This document shows positions 39,086 to 55,375 of a stretch of DNA of 64,000 nucleotides, in pieces. The notes beneath the pieces were generated by a model that was given only the letters and a program-made list of their open reading frames with translations, had not been told where the DNA came from and did not search any database. The stretch is taken from assembly GCF_009914755.1 (NCBI RefSeq), contig NC_060932.1, one strand, 5' to 3'. Position numbers and translations under genes: made by a program. How positions within the stretch are numbered: position 1 is the stretch's first letter; every line of letters begins with the position of its first letter. Source of the DNA: the human T2T-CHM13v2.0 reference genome, Homo sapiens.

Positions 39086-42023
39086 ATTATTATATACAAT
39101 ATTATATACTGTTAAAATTATATACAAAATATATAGAGAGGGATATAAATATAGATTAAAACTCCTGGAGGAGCTACCAGAGATAAATTAATATGGCATG
39201 GTCAGGAAATAAGTAGTACTACCAGGTAAGAAAAATTTTAAAGTTATCAAGTTGAAAACATCTACCTTCAAGTCTCACAATGCCACCCTCTCTGTTTATT
39301 ACCCTCCAGCCCCTTTCTGTAGTTCCCATACACGCGTGCACACACAGCATCCTCACACAAGCCTGTGCCTGACCAGTGCCCTCCGTTATTCCCACTTTCT
39401 TTATATCTTTATCCTACAAGCACTTTTCTAGCTTAAAATTCTCTACTGGGTCCTGAGAGGAGTCCATCCATGTTCCAGACCTTGCTTACCCATCAAACTA
39501 CCTAACCTCTGCTCCACCTCCCCTGGGCTTCTCTCCTCACAGAGATGATGCTAAAGAGGAAAAGGAAGTGTTCTGGGCCACATTGGACTTAACACAAGCA
39601 CTCACTCTCACCAGAGAACTAACTTCTTGCCTTGGCTTCATCTAAGATGCATGTCTCCAGCAGGCATTCAGGAAATCATTTTATTGGCAAGAAAAGTGTC
39701 TTTCAGATCCTGAGAACAAACCTGGAGAGGGAGTATCTTGAGGCCTGGGATCCATTTGGTACTTCCAACCCTACCATAACCATGCAGGAGCTGCTTGTTC
39801 CATCCTTTAGTAAGGAAAATGAAGGAAGATCTACATTCTGTGCCAAGCTTAGCACATACCAAGCAAGATTATCAGTGAAGACTAGACACCCACTCTGCAT
39901 AATTGTCTATTTCATCATGGCCATCCTGCCTTCACCATTGTCATTCCTCTGCTAGTTTCGAGAAATAGTATCACATGATCCTAGAGAAAGCTCCATTTTG
40001 GTGCCTGTCTAGGGACAGTTCCTGGGGTTCTGGGGGTTGCAGAGACAGAGAAGCAGAAGGTTTGGTGCTGTCAAAGTGGAAAAAGAAGAAAAAGTAACTC
40101 AGGAGTTCATGAAGTGCTCAACATACTTCCTGTAAGGTCTTTTCCCCTTTAAAACAAAACCCTTCTCTCGAGTATTTTCTTTCTGTCCACATTTTCTTTC
40201 CCCTTAAGTTCCAGTTGACTATCTCTGAACTTTATAGGAAGCATCGGGTCCAGTGTTACACAGTATTGTCTGTTTCCCTTCAACAAGGACGCCTGGGAAA
40301 TGATCTGTGAAAGAATGATCTTCTGTCTGCAATTATTGTTATAAATGTTCCTCTAGAACTCACTAGTGGCCGTATGGTCTTTAGTTTTATTTGAGAACAT
40401 TCCTGGCTTGTTTTCTATTAAAGGCAAGGCAGGCAGAGAGGATAGTAAATGAAAAGATATTTCCAGCCAGGTTCTCAGTGAGATTTACTTTTCAGTAAAT
40501 AAAGTACCTCTGGGAATAAACTGCTCATCCTTTGAGATGTATTACTATAGTTCTTATCATATCTGTCAATTCAGGAAAACAGACAATTTGCTAAGTATCC
40601 TGTTTCCCTGGAAATTAATTCTTCTGTGAACTGCTTCAGCCACTTTGTGCTTCTACCTCCTAGATCAAATATAGATTCTTGGCCTCCTCTTCAAAGCCAC
40701 CCACCACTCCATCTCCTCTCTCAGAGCCTCTCTCACCCTCTTGAAAGGCTGCACTATGGCCAGCCCATCAGCTGCTTGCTGGCTTTGCTGCCCATGCATG
40801 TGACAGCCTCACACTCATTGGAAATGCTGACTGCATCATCCATTAGCTGATTCCCTCCTAGAAAATGACCCAAACTGATTAAACACAAATGTTTATTCTT
40901 TGCCATAACACCCTACTAACTCCTTTTTTGTCTCCCTTAATAGTGAGTAAATCATCTATTTTCTGTACTTAGAATAGTCTTATTAAAAATGGATGAACTG
41001 AAGATGGCCGAATATGAACAGCTCCAGTCTACAGCTCCCAGCATGAGTGACACAGAAGACAGGTGATTTCTGCATTTCCAACTGAGGTACCAGGTTCATC
41101 TCACTGGGGCTTGTAGGACAGTGGGTGCAGGACAGTGGGAGCAGCCCACGGAGCATGAGCCAAAGCAGGGCAAGGCATCGCCTCATCCAGGAAGCACAAG
41201 GGGTTGGGGAATTCCCTTTCCTAGCCAAGGGAAGCAGTGACAGATGGTACCTGGAAAATCAGGTCACTCCCACCCTAATGCTACGCTTTTCCAATGGTCT
41301 TAGCAAATGGCACACCAGGAGATTATATCCCATGCCTGGCTCGGAGGGTCCCACGCCCACGGAGCCTTGCTCACTGCTAGCACAGCAGTCTGAGATCAAA
41401 ATGCAAGGCGGCAGCGAGGCTGGGTGGGTGGGGGGGAGGGCCCACCATTGCTTAGGCATGAGTAGGTAAACAAAGCAGCCAGGAAGCTAGAACTGGGTGG
41501 AGCTCACCACAGCTCAAGGAGGCCTGCCTGCCTCTGTAGACTCCACTTCAGGGGGCAGGGCATAGCTGAACAAAAGGCAGCAGAAACTTCTGCAGACTTA
41601 AACGTCCCTGTCTGACAGCTTTGAAGACAGTAGTGGTTCTCCCAGCACAGAGTTTGAGATCTGAGAACGGAAAGACTGCCTTCTCAAGTGGGTCCCTGAC
41701 CCCGGAGTAGCCTAATTGGGAGGCACCTCCCAGTAGGGGCTGACTGACACCACATACGTCCGGGTACCCCTGTGAGACGAAGCTTCCAGAGGAAGGATCA
41801 GGCAGCAACATTTGCCGTTCTGCAATATTTGTGGTTCTACAGCCTCCACTGGTGATACCCAGGCAAACAGCGTCTGGAGTGTACCTCCAGCAAACTCCAA
41901 CAGACCTGCAGCTGAGGATCCTGACTGTTAGAAGGAAAACTAACAAACAGAAAGGACATCCACACCAAAACTCCACCTGTATGTCACCATCATCAAAGAC
42001 CAAAGGTAGACAAAACGACAAAG

Positions 42024-43051
42024 ATGGGGAGAAACCAAAGCAGAGAAGCTGAAAATTCTAAAAATCAGAGCGCCTCTTCTCCTCCAAGGAACGCAGTTCA
42101 TGGCCATCAATGGAACAAAGCTGGACAGAGAATGACTTTCACGAGTTGAGAGAAGAAGGCTTCAGACGATCGGTAATAATAAACTTCTCCGAGCTAAAGG
42201 AGGATGTTCGAACCCATCGCAAAGAAGCTAAAAACCTTGAAAAAAGATTAGATGAATGGCTAACTAGAATAAACAGCGTAGAGAAGAAGACCTTAAATGA
42301 CCTGATGGAGCTGAAAACCATGGCACGAGAACTACATGATGCATGCACAAGCTTCAGTAGCCGATTCGATCAAGTGGAAGAAAGGGTATGAGTAATTGAA
42401 GATCACATGAATGAAATGAAGTGAGAAGAGAAGTTTAGAGAAAAAAGAGTAAAAAGAAATGAACAAAGCCTCCAAGAAATATGGGACTATGTGAAAAGAC
42501 CAAATCTACGTCTGATTGGTGTACCTGAAAGTGACGGGGAGAATGGAATCAAGTTGCAAAACACTCTTTAGGATATTATCCAGGAGAACTTCCCCAACCT
42601 AGCAAAGCACGCCAACATTCAAATTCAGGAAATACAGAGAACACCACAAAGATACTACTCGAGAAGAGAAACTCCAAGACACATAAATGTCAGATTCACC
42701 AAAGTTGAAATGAAGGAAAAAATGTTAAGGGCAGCCAGAGAGAAAGGTCGGGTTACCCACAAAGGGAAGCCCATCAGACTAACAGCTGATCTCTCGGCAG
42801 AAACTCTACAAGCCAGAAGAGAGTGGGGGCCAATATTCAACGTTCTTAAAGAAAAGAATTTTCAACCCAGAATTTCATATCCAGCCAAACTAAGCTTCAT
42901 AAATGAAGGAGAAATAAAATCCTTTACAGACAAGCAAATGCTGAGGGATTTTGTCACCACCAGGCCTGCCTTACAAGAACTCCTGAAGGAAGCACTAAAC
43001 ATGGAAAGGAACAACCCGTACCAGACACTCCAAAAACATGCCAAATTGTAA
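42024..43051 (+). pseudogene. L1 ORF1p, disrupted
   Basis: ORF fragments 42110-42391 and 42710-43051 (coiled coil, RRM/CTD); internal stops at 42389 and 42569. Confidence 0.95.
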
Positions 43052-43114
43052 AGACCATCGATGCTAGGAAGAAACTGCATCAACTAATAAGCAAAATAAC
43101 CAGCTAACGTCATA

Positions 43115-46385
<3,271 letters not shown>

Positions 46386-47299
46386 AAGTGGGGGGAGGGG
46401 GGAGGGATAGCATTAGCAGATATACCTAATGTTAAATGACGAGTTAATGGATGCAGCACACCAACATGGCACATGTATACATATGTAACAAACCTGCACA
46501 CTGTGCACATGTACCCTGGAACTTAAAGTATAATAAAAAATAAAAATAAAAATAAAAATGGATGAACAACAAAATCTACTTACACTATCAAATCCTACTT
46601 GCCCCAGTCCTGCCCACCATCAAGTATTGAAGTTGGCAATTTAGACTTCCCTGGTAGCCAATGTTGGAGTGTGGGGTTGTTAAGCAATTATCTTTCCCTT
46701 TCCAGGTTTCAACCATTTGAAAGGGATGCCAGGAACCATGGGGAGGGAGGATCAGAAAACCTGATTAGATTATCTATTTTATAAGCTGGATCATAGAATA
46801 TAGCAAGGCTTCTATTCTTTCTCTCCCCAAATTGGGAGCTAATTGCTCCTGGCTTAAGCAGCCTACAGCCAGTGGAGAAGCTGGAACCAAGTGAGCAGAG
46901 ATCTGGTTGGGCCTGAGAGAAATGTGAATTGCTTGGTCTGTTTACCATGAGAGACTGGAAACATAGGCTTTTATGATGCCTGAGCTCAAAGAGGCCTGGA
47001 AGATCAAAGTGCAAAAAAGGAAGAGGCAGGTGCCAACTGCTCCATCCTTTAGCTGATCCCATTCTAGAAGTTATGCCATGGTAACAAACAATCTCAAAAT
47101 CTCAGGGCCTCATGAACATCATGTTTATTTCTTACTCATGTAACAGTTGGGTCAATTGCAATTCACTTCCATGCCATCTTCACTTCAGGACCAGGCTGAT
47201 TTTCCCTGGAATATTGCCAGCCAGGTGACAGAGGGGAAAGAGATATTCCAAATCCTATTCTGCTTTTTAAAGCTTCTATTAAGAACTGATCTACTTCAC

Positions 47300-47960
47300 T
47301 TCTGTGTAGTAAAGAATTTGGCTTTGCCCAAATTGAGGTCAGCCTTTGTTTTCACCTTCTGGGATGCAGTCTATGTTCTACCTCATAGGAATGTCTTTGT
47401 TTAGGGAAGGGACTGGCCACGTGAATCTTAGGATGGGGCCAGCCACACTCAATAGCTTTAGAGTCACTGGAAAGACATCCATGTGACTTGGGAAAGGTGT
47501 GTTGGATCAACCACATGGCAATCGACCTATGGGCAATCAATTAATCAATCATGCCTACGTGATGGAGCCGAACGAAAATACTGAACATCAAAGCTCAGGC
47601 AGTCTTCCCTGGTTGGCAATACTCCATGCATATTGTCACACATTGATGCTGGGAGGGTAACAAATCCTGAAGACAACAGAATCTTTGCTTGTGGAAACCT
47701 CTCAGACTCTACCTTATGTATCTCTTCCTTTGTCTATATATTTCATCTATAATTTTGATCTGTATATTTTTCCTATAATAAACCATAACCATGAAAACAA
47801 TAGCTTGTAGTGACTTCTATGAGTCTTTCTAACAAATTATCCAAACAGATAATTACCCCTGAACTTGCAAGTAGTGTAAGAGTAAGGGTGGTCTTGTGTA
47901 AACTCTTCCCTCTAACTGTAGTTGGACTCTAACTTCTTGTGGTTGGTGTCAGGAGTCTTT
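47300..47960 (+). mobile_element. MER21-like LTR (MER21C)
   Basis: aatcaatcatgcctacgtgatggagcc...cttccctggttggcaatactccatgcatattgtcacacattgatgctggg...aataaaccataaccatg. Confidence 0.75.
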
Positions 47961-48209
47961 GGAGAACTGGCAGACTGGAAGACCATCATTCCCTCAAACT
48001 TTGCAGTTTTGCTAGCTTCCATTTGCATTTTCTGAGCCTAAGCAAATCTTTGACCACCCTCTCTGAATTTATTGAAGGAGGAATGTATAATCCCACCACA
48101 AGAAGGGTCTTTACAAAGAAGGGAGCTGCAAGGAAGGACTGCAAATGTTTTGAACAATAAGAAGATCTACCACGATGGTTCAGGTAAAAAGAATTCAAAG
48201 GCATAAACT

Positions 48210-49260
48210 AAAGTGGCATCAGAGTGATGACAAGGCAGGATTGGAAATAGTAGGATACAATCAAAATCAAGAAGACTTGATGTTTAATTAGATGTGAGAG
48301 TAATGGAGTTCAAAGAAGAATCACTTTCACATTTGTATGTGGTTGATGATATTCACTGAGAGGAATGGGATTGGAAATAAATGTGTTAATATTGGACATG
48401 TTAAGTTTGAGGATCATCCATGAAGAGGTATTTGGTTAGGTTACATTGATCTAGAACTCAATAGAGAGATTATAGCTGGAATGAGAGATTTAGAATTCAT
48501 CTCCCTATGGGGGTAGGTGAGTGAATGATATCACCACAGAGTTTCTAGAATATCAAATGGGGAGGGCAGAGGATGGAATCCCAGGGCAATGTTTTCCAGG
48601 CTTTTTCATGTCAGGGAACACGGACATTGATAGTGTTTGTGCAGTCCACTGAGATAAAAGGACAAGGTGGCTCAAGTCTGCAGGAAAAGGGTCCTGAGTC
48701 TGGCTACTGCAAGAACCAAGGGGATCATTATTTTGTGCTGGTTGGGAAGCTCAGTCCTGTGAAACATCTACATTTAGGCAGCTGGAAAATAACAAAAGAA
48801 ACTGAGGCATAGCCACAAAGGAAGAAAATCAGGGAAAATGCCATCATGGAGGCCAGGAAAAGAATTTTTAAAGAGAAACTTCAAAGAGTTTACATAAAAT
48901 GAAAACTGAAAGATATGAGCTACTTTTGACAAACAGTCGCGAATTAACTAAGAGAAGCGTTCTGTGCAGAAGTGGTATAGAATCGAGATTTTAGGTGGCT
49001 GAGGTAAAAAATTAATAGGAAAAGTACAGAGAATGAGTTTATGCCACCATAGGTATGGGCTAAAGACAGAGTTTGTCATCATGTTTGGGGGGAGTTGTTT
49101 TAAGATGGGCAGGGCTTCAGCCTTTCTCAAAGCTGAAGAAAAAGAATCAATGGAAGAAGAGAAGTTTGTAATTAAAAGAGTGACTTGTAAACAAAGACAC
49201 TATGAGGAGGGGAGCCAGAGCTCAGAGTGGCAGGAAGAAGGACAAATCTTGCCTTGAGGT
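48210..49260 (-). mobile_element. Degenerate L2 fragments
   Basis: ttggacatgttaagtttgagg; gagagatttagaattcatc; purine-rich L2 antisense texture. Confidence 0.55.
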
Positions 49261-49579
49261 AGAAAGGAGAAGGATTCATTCAGGCAGGTGCAGTTAAGTC
49301 ATACGTGGTGGGTAACAGCACGATAGACTTTTTTCTTTTTGAAGTGACGATGCTTCCATTCACAGATTATGCAGGCATACATAGGGCCCGGGCTTCAGGA
49401 AATATTCTAAGCAAAAGTGCACACAGGGCTTCAGGACAGTGTTCTATTAAACTGGGCATATACAAAACATTATACAATGGACTCTTTCCTTGCACCTTTT
49501 GTGTATTCATGTCCAAATGAAATAAACAGGTCTTACTCCCAGAAAAGTGAATCTACCAAAAAAACAAAACTATGCTCTC

Positions 49580-50215
49580 TTTCCTCCATCACAAGAACAT
49601 CTTCTGATTTACCTCCTCCATTTTCTACCTACCTCATTTCTTTCCAAATATATTGGCCTTCTTGTTGTTCCTTGAAAAATTAGCATGCTCCTGACTCAGG
49701 GTCTTACTCAAGCTATTCTCTCTGTATAAGATTTTTTTTTCATCTATTGGCATGGCATTTTCCCTGAGTTGCTTTCTATCTCTACTAAAATCTCATCTTC
49801 TACAATATTTCCCATTCAATTATTTCAAATAACACCCTTCTATTACTCTCTTTACTCCTATTCTGTTTTATATTTCTTCATAAGACTTAACCACTGACAT
49901 AGTTTTCTTTTCTTTTTTTTTTTTTACGTTTACTGCTTTATTATAAAGGATATTACAAAAGATAGCAACAGAGAGATGCAAAGGGACTGTGTAAGAAGAG
50001 GTGTGGAGCTTCCATGCTCTCTCTAGGTGCACCACTCTTTAGGGACTTTCACGTATCACTGACATATTTTTCAATGGATTGTTTGTTTACTGTCTGTCCC
50101 CTCCTCCAATCCCTAGGGGATCTAGTCTGTTTGGTAACCTGTTGTACTTCAGTGTCTAGAAGAGCACCTGGAAAAAACAGAGTGGTCGAGTGCTCGATAT
50201 TTGCTGATTGAATGC
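49580..50215 (+). mobile_element. L2 3' region, interrupted at 49908-50056
   Basis: ctcctgactcagggtctt...ttcttcataagacttaacc...cagtgtctagaagagcacctgg...atatttgctgattgaatg. Confidence 0.65.
49908..50056 (-). mobile_element. Retroposed, polyadenylated MER21-like LTR fragment
   Basis: Minus strand: LTR text, AATAAA (49937-49942), poly(A) (T tract 49908-49925); 16-bp TSD cactgacatagttttc / cactgacatatttttc. Confidence 0.8.
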
Positions 50216-50765
50216 CATTGCTTTTTTCTACCGTGTCTTCTTTGGTAAAGGTCCATCCCCACTTTCCAGTGCCCGTACCTTTTAACTTTCCCTTCTTTCC
50301 ATCAGATCAGGAAAGGATTGGCTATCAGATCAGTGTACCATAATCGCTTGAGTTCTCTTCAATATGATAAATTTTGGTCAATGTATTTCCTTAAATATTA
50401 ATTTATGATTCAAACTTTGATTCCTTATTGTGGAGTAAAAACGTTTGCTCTATATTAAAATAAATTCCAGCATCATAAGTCAATACCAGAAATTTTTAAA
50501 TATAGTCATTTTAGGTTGACTAAGGAATGGGAAACCACTGGGAAAGTTTTCTCTCCTAACTAATCCTGCTCTGTTATGCACCATTTCAGATCCCTTTGGC
50601 CTCACAGTCCCTTGTTCCAGCCACCACTGCAACAACGAGCTCCACATGGCTCCAAACAACTTCACACAGGCACGATGTGACAAAGCCTTGCCTCATGCCA
50701 CTGTAGGCCTCCCACCTCATTCAGGGCTTCCTCCTGCATGCTGGTGGGCCCCACTGGGCACGCAG

Positions 50766-51241
50766 TGTGATGGTTAATACTGAGTGTCAACTTGATTGGA
50801 TTGAAGGATACAAAGTATTGATCCTGGGTGTGTCTATGAGGGTGTTGCCAAAGGAGATTAACATTTGAGTCAGTGGAGTGGGAGAGGCCAACCCACCCTT
50901 AATCTGAGTGGGCACCATCTAACCAGCTGCAAGTGTGGCTAGAATATAAGTAGGTAGAAAAATGTGAAAAGAGAGACTGGCCTAGCCTTCCAGCCTACAT
51001 CTTGCTCCTGTTCTGGATGCTTCCTGCCCCTGAACATTTGACTCCAAGTTCTTCAGTTTTGGAGCTTGGACTGATTCTCCTTGCTCCTCAGCCTGCAGCT
51101 GGTCTATTGTGGGACCTTGTGATCATGTCAGTTAATACTTAATAAACTCATATATGTGTGTGTGTGTGTGTGTGTGAGTGTGTGTGTGTGTGTTTGTGTA
51201 TTCCCTTAGTTCTGTCCCTCTAGAGAACGCTGACTAATATA
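50766..51241 (+). mobile_element. MLT2A-like (ERVL) solo LTR with internal (TG)n
   Basis: tgtgatggttaatactgagtgtcaacttgattggattgaagga...ttagttctgtccctctagagaac..gactaata. Confidence 0.92.
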
Positions 51242-51409
51242 CCCGGGAATATATAACCTGGAAAGATAAGAAGAGTTTATACCTGGGGATGAACTTTTAG
51301 ACAAGGGGAGATTGATGCCTATGGATAAATCCTTCCTCTTCTCTCCCACTGTGGAATTTTGCCTCAGCATGAATTGTACCTTGAATCTCATCTACATCTC
51401 ATTTAAATA

Positions 51410-51875
51410 TTTAGATAAGGCTTTGGACATTAGACTTTAGAGTTGACACTGGACTGCATTAAGATTTTCGGGGCTGTTGGGATAAAATAAGTGCATTTTG
51501 CACAAATTTAGGAGATTTATAGGGCATTGCTGTAAACCAAATTGTTTCCTCAAAACTCACATGTTGAAGTTCTAACCCCTAATGTGACTGTAGTTGGAGA
51601 TAGGGCCTGTGAGATGATGATAGAAGTTAAAACAGGTCACAAGGGTGGTGCCCTAATCTGATGGGGCTGGTGTCCTCATAAAAAGAGAGAGCGACCCCAG
51701 AGTGCTCTGACCACCCTATGAGCACACAGCAAGGAGGCAATCATCCACATGCCAGGTACAGAGTCCTCACCAGAACTCAGCCATGCTGGCACCCAGAACT
51801 GCAAGAAAATAAATTTCTGTTGTTTGTCACCCAGACTATGGTATTTTATTATGGCAGCTTGAGCTGACCAATAAA
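51410..51875 (+). mobile_element. MaLR internal 3' end plus MLT1A/B-like LTR
   Basis: ctttggacattagactttagagttgacactgga; catgttgaagttctaacccctaatgtgactgta...gtcctcaccagaactcagccatgctggcacc. Confidence 0.75.
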
Positions 51876-52079
51876 GCCCAAGCAACTTGTCCTAAAATGT
51901 ACTTTATATAATTTCTTGTACAACAGCCCCATGAAATCAGTCAGTCTCATCTTGAGGCAGCCAGGCTGATAACACATTTCATTTTGGCTCCCTCTCCTTC
52001 CCCACCTCACTCCCCTTGGCCCTCTCTTCTACTCTCTGTGATTGCACCTCCTACTATCATCAAGCTATACTCTCTGGGA

Positions 52080-52700
52080 AACTCAGGCTAAGACACCATC
52101 TATATGCCAATGACATTCAAATTTATGTCTAAAATCCAGACCTCTCTTCAGAACTCCAGATTTGTATATCCAACTGATACTCAACATTGCCATTTGGATG
52201 TCTAATAGACATCTCAAACTCAATATGTCCAAAACTGAACTCCTGATCTTCCCCCCCAAAACTTTCTCCACCCACAGCCTTCCTCATCTCAATGCATAGC
52301 ATCTTTCTGCAGTTGCTGAGGACAAAATCTGTGAAATTATCTTTAACTCTCCTTTTTCTCTCATGTCTTACGTCAAATCCATCAGAAAATCTTGTTGACT
52401 TTGTCTTAAAATATATCCACAATCCAGTCACTTCCTACTGCTATAATTCTGATATGAGCCACTATCACCAATTGCCTGGATTATTACAATAGTCTCTTCA
52501 ATGGATTCCCCATTTCTACCTTGGTTTCCATCCCTTACAGTTTTCTTTTTTTTTTTTTTTTAACCACAGTATCCAGAGGCATCCTGTTAAAGAATATGTT
52601 AATTATGTCACTCCTCTGCTCAAAATCCTGCAATGACTCCTCATGTTACTCAGAGTAAAAGCCAAAGTAAAATAGTAACAAGGCCCTTCACGATGACTCC
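52080..52700 (+). mobile_element. L2 fragment
   Basis: catttggatgtctaatagacatctcaaactcaatatgtccaaaactgaactcctgatctt. Confidence 0.85.
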
Positions 52701-52729
52701 CAGTACAAGCAAGATAGGAAATACCTTTT

Positions 52730-53290
52730 TCTATTGGGTTATTGGAGGAGGGTTCACTTATAAAGTGATATTTGAACAGAAACCTGAAAGAAGTGAAGGA
52801 AAAGTGCCCTGGGCACAGGGTCAAGTACAAAGGTGTCTGAGGGAGGATCTTACTTGACATTTACAAAAGCACAAGGACACCAGTGTGGCTGGAGGGAATG
52901 TATGGAAAGGGTGGAAAGTATAGGAAATGAACTCAGTGGGGTATCAGGACCCAGATCATGCAGACTATATTGTAGTATCTTGCAGGTCAATGTAAGGACT
53001 TTGGCCTTTGCTCTAAGACAACACCTTTGGAAGGTTATGAACAGTAGAGTGACATGATCTGATTTGGGATTTAAATGAATCACTCAGAGTGCTGCGCTGT
53101 GCTGTGAATGACCCATGGAGGACAAAGGTGAAAGCAAGGAGACTATTTAGGAGACCGGTGCTGTGATCCCAACATGAGATGCTGACTTGAATCAAGAGAT
53201 GCTGACTTGAACCCAGTGGATATAGGTTTAAAGAAAATAGGGTTCAGATTCTGAATTTATTTTGAGAAGGAACCAACAGAATTTGTGGGA
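52730..53290 (-). mobile_element. L2 fragment, inverted relative to its neighbour
   Basis: ggactttggcctttgctctaag...agagtgacatgatctgatttg...gcaaggagactatttaggag. Confidence 0.75.
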
Positions 53291-53747
53291 AAAGGCCATG
53301 TCTGCCTTGTTCACTAGGGTATTTCTAGTGCCTGGCATATGTAAGTGATCAGTCAAGTTGGACACCTCTGTGCAGACTAGAATTTTGTATAGGATCAATG
53401 TCAGCCTTATTTTTCTGAAAATCCAGGCAACTTTCTTTCATCTCTGGCATTCTGGCATTCTGCCATCTCCCTCATATTTTAATTTATCCTCAATTACTTG
53501 CAGCAAATCTGAGAAAACATCTAAACATCTTCAAGTTTACATGTCTACAAGAAAATATTTATAGTTTCTCTAGGTTGTCAAGAATTGAATTCCTTTTAAA
53601 TGTAGGCGATGTCATTTTATTTTCTTTGTTTACTTTGAACTTATGTTTACTCTTAATGAGGTTATTTACTTTTCCTACTTGAATTCAGAATGGAAACCAT
53701 CTGTGACAGGGTTTATATTAACATGACTTTACTATCCACCTGTCTGA

Positions 53748-54355
<608 letters not shown>

Positions 54356-54419
54356 TGACACATCTCCCAACTAGACTGATCATAACACTTGTTTATCCTT
54401 CAAAACTCTCCTTGCCATC

Positions 54420-55375
54420 CAACCTACAGAATGGGAGAAAATTTTTACAATCTACCCATCTGACAAAGGGCTAATATCCAGAATCTACAAAGAACTTAAA
54501 CAAATTTACAAGAAAAAAATCAAACAAGCCCATCAAAAAGTGGGCAAAGGATATGAAGAGACATTTCTCAAAAGAAGACATTTATGTAGCCAACAGACAC
54601 ATGAAAAAAATGCTCATCATCACTGGCTATCAGAGAAATGCAAATCAAAACCACAGTGAGATACCATCTCACACCAGTTAGAATGGTGATCATTAAAAAG
54701 TCAGGAAACAACAGGTGCTGGGGAGGATGTGGAGAAATAGGAACACTTTTACACTGTTGGTGGACTGTAAAATAGTTCAACCATTGTGGAAGACAGTGTG
54801 GCGATTCCTCAAGGATCTAGAACTAGAAATACCATTTGACCTGGCCATCCCATTACTGGATACACACCCAAAGGATTATAAATCATGCTGCTATAAAGAC
54901 ACATGCACACGTATGTTTATTGCGGCACTATTCACAATAGCAAAGACTTGGAACCAACCTAAATGTCCATCAATGATAGTCTGGATTAAGAAAATGTGGC
55001 ACATATACATCATGGAATACTATGCAGCCATAAAAAAGGATGAGTTCATGTCCTTTGTAGGGACATGGATGATGCTGGAAACCAACATTCTCAGCAAACT
55101 ACTGCAAGGACAGAAAACCAAACACTGCATATTCTCACTCATAGGTGGGAATTGAACAATGAGAACACATGGACACAGGATGGGGAACATCACACACTGC
55201 GGCCTGTCGTGGGGTGGGGGAAGTGAGGAGGGATAGCATTAGGAGATATACCTAATGTAAATGACGAGTTAATGGGTGCAGCACACCAACATAGCACATG
55301 TATACATATGTAACAAACCTACATGTTGTGCACATGTACCCTAGAACTTAAAGTATAAAAGAAAAAAAAAAAAAA
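54420..55375 (+). mobile_element. 5'-truncated L1 (L1PA5-like) (L1-B)
   Basis: ORF2 C-terminus, 3'UTR and poly(A); TSD ctctccttgccatc (54406-54419 / 55377-55390). Confidence 0.97.

Noticed and set aside
53176-53211. Short tandem duplications (gagatgctgacttgaa twice; also ~27052-27104, ~39035-39066, ~25446-25500)
   Set aside because: Common slippage-type duplications; two units only with no spacers, so not an array or CRISPR
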